This document shows, one piece after another, positions 25,977 to 33,792 of a stretch of 64,000 bases of DNA (position 1 is its first letter; the number at the start of each line of letters is the position of its first letter). The stretch is from a bacterium (GTDB taxonomy: Bacteria; Patescibacteriota; Patescibacteriia; UBA2196). The notes beneath the pieces were generated by a model that saw nothing but the letters and a program-made list of their open reading frames with translations, had not been told where the DNA came from and did no database searches. The stretch covers positions 7,869 to 71,868 of the forward strand of contig DAOOOW010000002.1 in the NCBI GenBank assembly GCA_035387885.1, given 5' to 3'. The position numbers and the translations under genes are program-made.

Positions 25977-27407
25977 ATGTCAGAACAAGAATTACTCAAA
26001 AATTTATTTCAGAAATATTTTGGAATTGCAGCTGTGGAAATTAAAGCTCTAAAAGGCGATGGCTCAGATCGCACGGTTTATAGATTGAAAAATGGCCGAC
26101 AAACTGCCATTGGAGTTTATGGTAAAAATCGTAAAGAAAATGAGGCCTTTATTTCTTTTTCTAAAACGCTCTCGGAACAAAAAATAAAAGTTCCAGAAAT
26201 TTATCTTATAGATCTAGATCATAATATTTATTTAGAAGAAGATTTGGGCGATGAGCTGTTGTTTACTTGGCTAGAAAGAATGGGAATGGAAAAAAAAAGT
26301 TTTAACCCATTAATAGTGGGTAAGTATAAAAAAGTATTAAAAGTTTTACCAATTATCCAAATTGTGGCTGGTAAAAATATAAATTACGGCTTGTGTTATC
26401 AGCACATTGAATTTGCTCATGAATCCATGTTGTGGGATATGCATTATTTTAAGTGGAATTTTTTAAATTTATTTTATAAAGACGTGATTGATAATGAATT
26501 ATTAGAAAAAGATTTTAACGCTTTAGCCGATTTTTTATTGCAAGAAAGAAAAGATTTTTTTGTCTATCGAGATTTTCAGTCCAGAAATATCATGTTGAAA
26601 AATGACGAACCATATTTTATAGATTATCAATCTGGTAGGCGCGGGGCCTTGCAATATGATTTAGTCTCTTTACTTTATGATGCTAAGGCCAAAATTCCAG
26701 AGAGTGTCAGAGAAGAATTGTTGGATTTTTATTTAGAAGAAGTTAATAAAATTATAGCAGTAGACAAAGAGAGGTTTAAAAAATATTTTTATGGTTTTGT
26801 TTTAATTAGAATTATGCAGGCCTTGGGAGCTTATGGTTTTTTGGGTGTGGTTAAAAATAAACCGCAATTTTTAAGTAGTATTCCTTTGGCCTTAGAAAAT
26901 TTAGCCGGCTTAAAAGAAAAATTTTCTTTTTTGGAACAAATGCCGATTTTAAAAAAAATTATTGAAAAAATTTCTCAGGCAAACAATTGGTCAGAAATAG
27001 CCCCTGCTAAAAAAGAATTAGTGGTTAGAATTTATAGTTTTGGTTTTGCATATGATAAGCGGCCCCTTGATAACAGTGGCAATAATGGCGGTTTTATTTT
27101 TGATTGTCGCGGTTTGGCTAATCCTTTTTGGGAAGAAAAATTAAAATCCTTAAGTGGTTTGGATGAGGAAGTTAAAAAATATTTAGATGCCAAAGATAGA
27201 GTCCAAAATTTTTTGTGGCATAGTTATGAATTGATAGATTTAACAATAGATAGTTATCAAACTAAAGGTTACATGGATTTAATGGTTTCTTATGGTTGTA
27301 CTGGCGGGCAGCATCGTTCTGTTTATTGCGCTGAAAAATTAGCAGAGCATTTGAAAAATAGAGGTATTAAAACAGTGGTAGAACATTTAGTTTTAGCAAA
27401 AATATGA
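25977..27407 (+). CDS. Fusion protein: AmgK-like anomeric sugar kinase (APH-fold) N-terminal domain joined to a RapZ C-terminal domain
   Basis: APH catalytic loop VYRDFQSRNIML. The C-terminus carries DCRGLANPFW...LSGLD...GCTGGQHRSVYCAEKLAEHLKNRG, matching the RapZ/YvcJ C-terminal domain. Confidence 0.65.
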   Translation: MSEQELLKNLFQKYFGIAAVEIKALKGDGSDRTVYRLKNGRQTAIGVYGKNRKENEAFISFSKTLSEQKIKVPEIYLIDLDHNIYLEEDLGDELLFTWLERMGMEKKSFNPLIVGKYKKVLKVLPIIQIVAGKNINYGLCYQHIEFAHESMLWDMHYFKWNFLNLFYKDVIDNELLEKDFNALADFLLQERKDFFVYRDFQSRNIMLKNDEPYFIDYQSGRRGALQYDLVSLLYDAKAKIPESVREELLDFYLEEVNKIIAVDKERFKKYFYGFVLIRIMQALGAYGFLGVVKNKPQFLSSIPLALENLAGLKEKFSFLEQMPILKKIIEKISQANNWSEIAPAKKELVVRIYSFGFAYDKRPLDNSGNNGGFIFDCRGLANPFWEEKLKSLSGLDEEVKKYLDAKDRVQNFLWHSYELIDLTIDSYQTKGYMDLMVSYGCTGGQHRSVYCAEKLAEHLKNRGIKTVVEHLVLAKI

Positions 27408-28141
27408 AGGCTTTAATTTTGGCTGCAGGATTGGGAACTCGTTTGCGGCCTTTGACTGAAAAAAATCCCAAAGCCTTGATCAAAGTTGGTAGTTTAACAC
27501 TTCTGGAAAGAGCTGTTTTTTATTTACAAAAAAATGGTATTGAAGATATGGCGATTAATGTGCATTATTTAGCGCCACAAATTGTTGGTTTTATAGCTAA
27601 AAATCCGCAGTTAAACATCAAGTTTATTTTTGAAGAAAAAGAAATTTTGGAGACTGGGGGAGCTATAAAAAACGCGGAAAGTTTTTTAAAAGATTCTGAA
27701 CCGTTTGTAGTTTTTAATGTGGATGTTTTAACTAATGCCAATTTAAATTTAGCTCTGGCATTTCATAAAAAAAATCAGGCTTTGGCGACTCTTTTGGTTA
27801 ATAACAGAAACACAGCAAGACCATTTTTGGTTGATGCCAGTGGAAATTTAGCTGGCCATTTTGATAAAAAAAATAATTTAAAGAGAATAGTTTTAAAAAA
27901 ATATCAGACACCCTTAAGAGAAGTTGGTTTTATGGGCATACATATCATTTCTCCAAAAATTTTTGAGTTAATGCCAGAAGATAATTGTTTTAGTGTTGTG
28001 GACTTGTATTTGGGTCTGCTAGCCAAGGGATATTTAATAAATGTTTTTGAATTTAATAAAGCTTATTGGCAAGATGTGGGCACAGTTGAACGTTGGCAAC
28101 AAGCAGAGAATGATTTAAAAAATGGACTAATTTTAAATTAA
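27404..28141 (+). CDS. Sugar-1-phosphate nucleotidyltransferase, MurU-like (N-acetylmuramate alpha-1-phosphate uridylyltransferase family)
   Basis: MKALILAAGLGTRLRPLTEKNPKALIKV N-terminal NTP-transferase motif. Coupled by a 4-nt overlap to the upstream kinase gene. Confidence 0.65.
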   Translation: MKALILAAGLGTRLRPLTEKNPKALIKVGSLTLLERAVFYLQKNGIEDMAINVHYLAPQIVGFIAKNPQLNIKFIFEEKEILETGGAIKNAESFLKDSEPFVVFNVDVLTNANLNLALAFHKKNQALATLLVNNRNTARPFLVDASGNLAGHFDKKNNLKRIVLKKYQTPLREVGFMGIHIISPKIFELMPEDNCFSVVDLYLGLLAKGYLINVFEFNKAYWQDVGTVERWQQAENDLKNGLILN

Positions 28142-28163
28142 AAATAATTTTTGATAAAAAAAT

Positions 28164-28188
28164 AGCCCCTATGTTTAGGGGCTTGTTT
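28164..28188. terminator. Bidirectional terminator between murU-like and prs (convergent)
   Basis: AGCCCCT-ATGTTT-AGGGGCT hairpin with flanking A/T runs. Confidence 0.55.
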
Positions 28189-28191
28189 AAA

Positions 28192-29178
28192 TCATGAAAT
28201 TATTGTGAACTTTTCTGGGAACAAATCAGAAATAGATTCATCTTCATGAGTTCTTTTAATAGCTTCTGCTAATAGCGACCCAACAGAAACAATTTCTACT
28301 TTATCTTTCATGTTTGGCGGAATATTGATAGGCAGAGTGTCGCAGAACCATATTTTTTGGACAGCTGGATGATCTATGTTATCCCAAGCTTGTCCTGACA
28401 ATACCCCGTGAGTTACCGCCAGATAAACAATGTCTGCTCCTTCTTCGACTATTTTGTTAATATTGCCTCGAAGTGTGCCACCAGTATCAATCAGGTCGTC
28501 AACAATAAGCGCATTTCTTTCTCTAACATTACCCATGATGTCTTTAGTGGTACACTGATTGTGCCCTGTTCTTTCTTTGTTGACTATAGCCAAAGGAACA
28601 CATAGCCTATTGGCGTAAGATTTTCCCAATTTTGAGGCTCCGACGTCTGGTGCAACAATTGTTAAATCGGTAATATTTGCCTGTTTAATATGGTCAAGCA
28701 AAAGACCGCTGGTATATAAATGATCAACTGGTATGTCAAAAAAACCTTGAATTTGCGGTGCATGAAATTCAATTGTCAGAACTCTATTTGCTCCAGCTTG
28801 GGTAATTAGGTTGGCTATTAATTTGGCCGTAATCGGCACACGTGGTTGATCTTTTCTGTCTTGTCTGGCATAGCCATAATAAGGAATAACCGCTGTAATT
28901 CTTTTTGCCGAAGCCCTTTTTGCAGCATCTATCATAATGAGAAGCTCTAACAGATTATCAGCTGATGCACCTGTCGATTGAACTAAAAAAACATCACAAC
29001 CGCGGATATTTTCTTCGTATTTTACCCATATTTCTCCATCTGAAAAATTTTTTACTGTTATCGTTCCTAATGCGAATTTTTTTTCCATAAGACGAGAAAG
29101 TTCCTGACAAATTTTTTCAGTCAAGGATAGATTAGCACGTCCGGAAAAAATTTTTAAATCTCCGTAATTAGATGACAT
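28192..29178 (-). CDS. prs: Ribose-phosphate pyrophosphokinase
   Basis: Full-length PRPP synthetase similarity, including the PRPP-binding loop DDLIDTGGT. Confidence 0.9.
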   Translation of the reverse strand: MSSNYGDLKIFSGRANLSLTEKICQELSRLMEKKFALGTITVKNFSDGEIWVKYEENIRGCDVFLVQSTGASADNLLELLIMIDAAKRASAKRITAVIPYYGYARQDRKDQPRVPITAKLIANLITQAGANRVLTIEFHAPQIQGFFDIPVDHLYTSGLLLDHIKQANITDLTIVAPDVGASKLGKSYANRLCVPLAIVNKERTGHNQCTTKDIMGNVRERNALIVDDLIDTGGTLRGNINKIVEEGADIVYLAVTHGVLSGQAWDNIDHPAVQKIWFCDTLPINIPPNMKDKVEIVSVGSLLAEAIKRTHEDESISDLFPEKFTIIS

Positions 29179-29250
29179 TTTACCTCCAATATTTTTATTG
29201 TAAAAATTTTTTTTGACACCTTTACTTTAATTTAGCAATTAAAAAACATT

Positions 29251-29279
29251 TTGGCAAGAGTTCAAAAAAATGTTATAAT
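29251..29279 (+). promoter_or_regulatory. Sigma70 promoter with extended -10 (TTGGCA-17-TGTTATAAT)
   Basis: Hexamers at 29251-29256 and 29274-29279; TG at -15/-14. Lies about 50 nt upstream of the 29330 ORF. Confidence 0.5.
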
Positions 29280-29329
29280 TATCAACAAGATAATCAACAG
29301 ATAACTAAAATAAAAATAAATTTAATTTT

Positions 29330-29941
29330 ATGAATTTACCCCATCATGGTCATGAACAAAGAAAGATTAAAAATCCTAAAAAAGATTTAATGAATGGCGC
29401 TTTAAAATATCTATTGTTTATCAGTGGTATTTTTATGTTTGCTTTCGCCATGTTTTCACCTATCTATGCTATTTTTGTGGAGCAAGTCGGTGGGGGCATT
29501 GAAGTGGCAGCCAATTCTTGGGCCATTTTTGGAGCGGTAGCTGGTTTACTAACTTTTTTATTTAGTCATTATGAAAACGAGATGCATGAAACAGAATTAG
29601 CTATTGCTTGGTCACAATTTGTAGTTGGTTTGGGTTATGTTTTGTTGTGTTTTACAGATAATGTGACAGTTCTTTATATTGATATGATAATTTTAGGTGT
29701 GGGAGAAGCTTTATATTGGCCAGCTTTTCATTCTGTTTTTGCTAAACACACTGATGGTAAAAAATCTACGTCTCAGTGGGGAATTTATGACGGCTTGGCC
29801 TATTTTGTACCAGCTGTTGGTTCAGCCATTGGCGGTTGGTTGGTTGCCAGTTATGGTTTTGAAATAATTTTTGCCATTATGGCAGCCATGTCTTTTTTCT
29901 GCGGTATTTTCATTATTTTATTACCCAGAAAAGCCTTATAG
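29330..29941 (+). CDS. Membrane protein, MFS-like six-TM half-transporter (hypothetical)
   Basis: 203 aa with about six TM helices. Weak MFS-like loop G(x)EALYWPAF. Confidence 0.4.
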   Translation: MNLPHHGHEQRKIKNPKKDLMNGALKYLLFISGIFMFAFAMFSPIYAIFVEQVGGGIEVAANSWAIFGAVAGLLTFLFSHYENEMHETELAIAWSQFVVGLGYVLLCFTDNVTVLYIDMIILGVGEALYWPAFHSVFAKHTDGKKSTSQWGIYDGLAYFVPAVGSAIGGWLVASYGFEIIFAIMAAMSFFCGIFIILLPRKAL

Positions 29942-29992
29942 ATCACAACTATGTCATCCCCGGGCGTAGTTTCGTGCCCCCGGGACGTCAAT

Positions 29993-30064
29993 GTTCCTTA
30001 AAGTAAAAAAATTTTAATCACATTATTGAACAAATAGCCTCCAGTCAGGAGACATGGAGGCAAC
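29993..30064 (+). repeat. 70-bp repeat copy 2 (not followed by a + strand gene)
   Basis: Matches 9476..9546, with the same GCCTCCAGTCAGGAGACATGGAGGC hairpin. Preceded by a TGTCATCCCCGGGCG...CCCCCGGGACG palindrome. Confidence 0.7.
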
Positions 30065-30081
30065 GCAAAATATAATAGCAA

Positions 30082-30107
30082 AAAAACACTTATAAAAAGT
30101 GTTTTTT
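30082..30107. terminator. Bidirectional intrinsic terminator
   Basis: AAAAACACTT-ATAAAA-AGTGTTTTT with T-run; sits between the 70-bp repeat and the dut 3' end. Confidence 0.55.
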
Positions 30108-30119
30108 ATTATTTATTTT

Positions 30120-30542
30120 TTAATACCCACTTGAACTTTGCCAATTTTCCCCACGCTCTGTTTCTGATAATTCTTTAACTTCTTGAATTTCCAGGGGCTC
30201 TATTTTTTGCACTAAAAATTGGGCAATTCTGTTGCCTTTTTCTACTTTGTATTTTTCATGACTAGTGTTTAAAAGACAAACACCAATTTCACCCCTAAAA
30301 TTTGAATCAATTACGCCAGCCAAAGTGGTTAAACCGTGTTTGATGGGCAGTCCAGATCTATCCCAAATTAGCATGACATAACCAGCGGGAATTTCTACAG
30401 CCACGCCGATTTTGAAAGTATAACGCTCGCCAGGCATTAATTCTTTTTCTTCATAAGAATATAAATCCATGCCAGCATCGCCAACTCGGCCATACGTTGG
30501 CATTTGTGCATCAGGATAAATTTTTTTAATTTTGAGATTCAT
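30120..30542 (-). CDS. dut: dUTP diphosphatase
   Basis: All five dUTPase motifs, including RVGDAGMDL and RSGL. Confidence 0.9.
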   Translation of the reverse strand: MNLKIKKIYPDAQMPTYGRVGDAGMDLYSYEEKELMPGERYTFKIGVAVEIPAGYVMLIWDRSGLPIKHGLTTLAGVIDSNFRGEIGVCLLNTSHEKYKVEKGNRIAQFLVQKIEPLEIQEVKELSETERGENWQSSSGY

Positions 30543-31128
30543 TGATTATTTTTTCCAAAATTTTATTAATTTGTGTATGCAGTTCATCTAAAGAACCTTC
30601 ATTAACAATGGTGAAATCGGCCATAGCAATCGGTCCAGCTTTTTCAATATTTTCTATTTCAGCATAATCTCTGGCCTTCGCTTCTTCTTTAGAAAAGGAA
30701 CGAAATTTTAAATTAGGATCAACCTCATATCGACTTTTTCTGTTTTCCAGTCTTTCATAACGAGTTTTAGGGGAAGCATAAACAGCTATAACAATTAAAT
30801 CATCACCATATTTATTTTTTAATTCTTTATATTCAGACCAGCTATAAAGTCCATCAGCTAAAACATTTTTGTCTTCTGAAAGTAGGGCGTCTATTTTTGG
30901 CATATTCAAAATAGCAAAAGCGGCTGGCCCGTATTGTTTTCTTAGTGCTTCTCTAATTGGTCTTTCATTAGCTTCAGTTGGTTCTAAATTTCTTTTTTTT
31001 ATTTCATCTAAAGTAACTTGGCCAAATCTAATATAAGCATAACCTGCTTTAACAAAATATTCTCCCACTTCGCTTTTGCCGGAGCCACAAAGGCCAGAAA
31101 TACAAATTATTTTTTGTTTTTTATTCAT
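30526..31128 (-). CDS. P-loop nucleotide/nucleoside kinase (putative dNMP kinase-like)
   Basis: Walker A ISGLCGSGKS. Small kinase fold embedded between dut and dCMP deaminase. Confidence 0.5.
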   Translation of the reverse strand: MNKKQKIICISGLCGSGKSEVGEYFVKAGYAYIRFGQVTLDEIKKRNLEPTEANERPIREALRKQYGPAAFAILNMPKIDALLSEDKNVLADGLYSWSEYKELKNKYGDDLIVIAVYASPKTRYERLENRKSRYEVDPNLKFRSFSKEEAKARDYAEIENIEKAGPIAMADFTIVNEGSLDELHTQINKILEKIINESQN

Positions 31129-31130
31129 AT

Positions 31131-31628
31131 TTACATGTCTTTATAAGTTTCCATAACATTTTCTATCACATCTAATTGTACATTGGCTTGCTCAAATAAC
31201 TCTCTAGTTAGTTTAGCACCATGATAATGTTTCAAACAGACAACTCTTTTGATACCGACTGCCACTAACATACGAGCACAAACATAACATGGTTCCATTT
31301 TTACATAGATAGTGCAACCATCTAAGGAAATTCCATTTTTGGCAGCTTGGCAAATGGCATTTTGTTCTGCATGAATTGTACGTACGCAATGTTTAGAAAC
31401 TGTGCCGTCATCATTAATCACTTCATGAATGATATGACCTTCATCATCGCAGTGAGCTGTGCCTGGTGGTGAACCAACATAGCCCGTGGCGACGATTCTC
31501 TTATCACGTACAACTACACAGCCGGATCTTCCCCGATCGCAAGTACCTCGTTCACCGATTAATGCGATTAAATTCATAAAATATTCATCCCAACTGGGGC
31601 GAACATGATTTGTTTGTTCTTCTGACAT
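31131..31628 (-). CDS. comEB: dCMP deaminase (ComEB family)
   Basis: Zinc-binding HAEQNAI and PCYVC motifs. Confidence 0.88.
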   Translation of the reverse strand: MSEEQTNHVRPSWDEYFMNLIALIGERGTCDRGRSGCVVVRDKRIVATGYVGSPPGTAHCDDEGHIIHEVINDDGTVSKHCVRTIHAEQNAICQAAKNGISLDGCTIYVKMEPCYVCARMLVAVGIKRVVCLKHYHGAKLTRELFEQANVQLDVIENVMETYKDM

Positions 31629-31753
31629 AAGTTTGAAATTTATTTTTTATAATTATATTTTATCTTATATATGCTCAGTGTCAATTTTTTGTCAAACCAA
31701 AAACCCGCTTTTTTAAAAAGCGAGTTTTAAAATTATATTAAATAATTTTTCAT

Positions 31754-31825
31754 TTGCCGGGGGGCAGAATCGGACTGCCAACGCCAAGATTTTCAGTCTT
31801 GCGCTCTACCATTGAGCTACCCCGG
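31754..31825 (-). tRNA. tRNA-Phe (anticodon GAA)
   Basis: Reverse complement reads GCCGGGGTAGCTCAATGGTAGAGCGCAAGACTGAAAATCTTGG...TCCGATTCTGCCCCCCGGCA. Confidence 0.85.
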
Positions 31826-31836
31826 CAAAAAATAAA

Positions 31837-31875
31837 TGGGCATAGATGGATTTGAACCATCGACATCTACCTTAT
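31837..31875 (-). pseudogene. 3' half (anticodon loop to acceptor) of a variant tRNA-Ile(TAT) copy
   Basis: Reverse complement TATAAGGTAGATGTCGATGGTTCAAATCCATCTATGCCC. Its acceptor TATGCCC pairs with the GGGCATA of fragment 32035..32072, not with the intact gene. Confidence 0.6.
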
Positions 31876-31924
31876 ACTATGTATAATTACTGCGTTCGCA
31901 AAAAATGCAAATGCCAAGGCAATG

Positions 31925-31997
31925 GTGGGCACGGATGGATTTGAACCATCGACATCCACCTTATAAGGGTGGCGCTCTAACCGCTGAGCTACGTGCC
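31925..31997 (-). tRNA. tRNA-Ile (anticodon TAT, i.e. UAU)
   Basis: Reverse complement GGGCACGTAGCTCAGCGGTTAGAGCGCCACCCTTATAAGGTGGATGTCGATGGTTCAAATCCATCCGTGCCCA. Anticodon arm is a perfect palindrome with loop CTTATAA. Confidence 0.8.
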
Positions 31998-32034
31998 CAG
32001 TGGATTTAAGCATTTGCCTTTTTGCTCTCTTGTA

Positions 32035-32072
32035 ATTATAAGGGTGGCGCTCTAACCGCTGAGCTATATGCC
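32035..32072 (-). pseudogene. 5' half (acceptor to anticodon loop) of a variant tRNA-Ile(TAT) copy
   Basis: Reverse complement GGGCATATAGCTCAGCGGTTAGAGCGCCACCCTTATAA. Flanked on both sides by GTAATTATAA (32031-32040 and 32073-32082). Confidence 0.6.
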
Positions 32073-32227
32073 CGTAATTATAAAATACATAATAAATATT
32101 AGCAAGACTTTAGCCCGCTTGTCAAAGTTTTAAAATTATAGTAGAATATACTTATTGATAATTTTTAAACTTTTTACATTTTAAATCTTTTGGGATTTGT
32201 AATTTGTAATTTGTAATTTTAAAAAAT

Positions 32228-32494
32228 ATGCCTCAACAAAAAAATGCTGAAAAATCATTAAGACAGATTAAAAAAAGAACTGCTAAAAACGATAAAATTC
32301 GCAATGGTTTAGATATTTTGACTCGTCAACTTAAAAAAGCTATGGTTCTTAAAGACGCCCCTAAATCTCAAGAATTAGTCAAAAAATTAACCAAAGCTTG
32401 GGATAAAGCCGCTCAAAAAAAAGTTTTAAAGAAAAACACCGCGGCTAGAAAAAAATCCAGAATAATGAAGAAAGTAAATACTTTGAGTAAATAA
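32228..32494 (+). CDS. rpsT: Ribosomal protein S20
   Basis: Basic 88-aa protein with the S20 N-terminal [13 protein letters not shown] and the helical C-terminus. Confidence 0.85.
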   Translation: MPQQKNAEKSLRQIKKRTAKNDKIRNGLDILTRQLKKAMVLKDAPKSQELVKKLTKAWDKAAQKKVLKKNTAARKKSRIMKKVNTLSK

Positions 32495-32501
32495 TATTTT
32501 T

Positions 32502-33038
32502 ATGTCTAAAAATCAAGTAATCATTTTATTGAGTATAATTATTGCTATCTTTTTGGTTGTGGGATATTTTGAGATTGCTAAATGTGATTGCCAAAAAAAT
32601 TTAGAAAATAATTCGGCTGATGTGACTACGGAACAAGAAAATACTATTAATCAAAATCAAGAAATAACTGTTCCGGTTACTGAACCGACTGAACAGTTAA
32701 ATACAAATTCTATGGAATTACAAAAAGAAATTTTAAAAGAAGGTACTGGTGATAAACAAATTGCTAATGGCGAAACTGCCGTGGTTCATTATACTGGTTG
32801 GCTAACTGACGGCACAAAATTTGATTCTAGTGTTGATCGAGGTACGCCTTTTGAATTTAAATTGGGTGCTGGGCAAGTTATTACTGGTTGGGATCAAGGA
32901 GTTTCGGGTATGAAAGTGGGTGAGAAAAGAAAATTAACTATCCCTTATACTTTAGCTTATGGCGAAGCGGGTATTCCTGGCGCCATTCCAGCCAAAGCCA
33001 CTTTAATTTTTGAAGTGGAATTATTGGGAATTAAATAA
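32502..33038 (+). CDS. FKBP-type peptidyl-prolyl cis-trans isomerase with N-terminal membrane anchor
   Basis: [17 protein letters not shown]...[36 protein letters not shown] core. Confidence 0.88.
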   Translation: MSKNQVIILLSIIIAIFLVVGYFEIAKCDCQKNLENNSADVTTEQENTINQNQEITVPVTEPTEQLNTNSMELQKEILKEGTGDKQIANGETAVVHYTGWLTDGTKFDSSVDRGTPFEFKLGAGQVITGWDQGVSGMKVGEKRKLTIPYTLAYGEAGIPGAIPAKATLIFEVELLGIK

Positions 33039-33077
33039 TAAATTAATTTTTTGTAATCAAATTACAAATTTAAAAGT

Positions 33078-33539
33078 ATGTCAACTTTTTTTTCACCAGA
33101 ACAAAACCAAGAAATAAATCGAAAAAATGAAGAGCAAAGACTTTTGGGATTAGAAAATTTAAGGAATAAAGCCGAAGAATTAGGTTATCAAGAAGTATCT
33201 TCGTTTGAAGAATTAGGACTTACACCAAAAGAATTAGAACGAGCAAAAGATGGTTATGCAACAAAAGAATTTATACATCTTAAAAAAGACGATGAGATTG
33301 AAAGAAAGAAGGGGGGTCTGTTTTTAAAAGCCAATAGAGCAGGTGGAACACCGGTAAAAGTTGTGGCAATTGTTTATGGTACAGACAATGGAAATAATTA
33401 TAATATAGCGGCTGATTTATTTTCTCCTGGTTTTTATGAGGGAATGGGTTGCAATCATGATTTTAATTTTGAAGAGATGGCTGCAAATTTAAAAAATGCT
33501 TTAAAGTTAGAACCTTACCCATTATCTTTTGAAAAATAA
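33078..33539 (+). CDS. Hypothetical protein
   Basis: 153-aa soluble ORF, no recognised motif. Terminator-like hairpin AAAAACCA-N10-TGGTTTTTT just downstream. Confidence 0.45.
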   Translation: MSTFFSPEQNQEINRKNEEQRLLGLENLRNKAEELGYQEVSSFEELGLTPKELERAKDGYATKEFIHLKKDDEIERKKGGLFLKANRAGGTPVKVVAIVYGTDNGNNYNIAADLFSPGFYEGMGCNHDFNFEEMAANLKNALKLEPYPLSFEK

Positions 33540-33639
33540 TTTTTGAATCAAAAACCATTTATTATAGTGGTTTTTTGTTTGCTTGTAAAAAGGGGATTTT
33601 AAGGGTAAAATGAATTTAAATATACATCGTAAGATTGCG

Positions 33640-33790
33640 ATATTTTATCCCCTCCTTTTAAAGGAGGGGCTTAAGCCGAAGGCTAAGGGGGTGGTTATAG
33701 TATTAAGACAAAATTAATTTTTAATACCATGACCGCCCCCTCCGGCTAATCGCCGAGAGACCCCGCCTTTAAAAGGTGGGGATAGGGGAA
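33640..33790 (+). repeat. Composite palindromic repeat cluster (CCCCTCCTTTTAAAGGAGGGG and CCCCGCCTTTAAAAGGTGGGG units)
   Basis: Two related perfect palindromes plus a GC-rich linker. Related CCCCTCCTT(G/T)AAAAGGAGGGG copies at 40975-40998 and 56718-56740 (the latter inside a CDS). Confidence 0.6.
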
Positions 33791-33792
33791 TT

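Noticed and set aside
31837-32072. Group I intron or archaeal-type BHB intron in tRNA-Ile
   Set aside because: The intervening 159 nt has no group I core elements (no P3/P7-like GC-rich pairing). It consists of an ordinary complete tRNA plus AT-rich spacers, and the junction sequence is duplicated, which indicates insertion rather than an intron.
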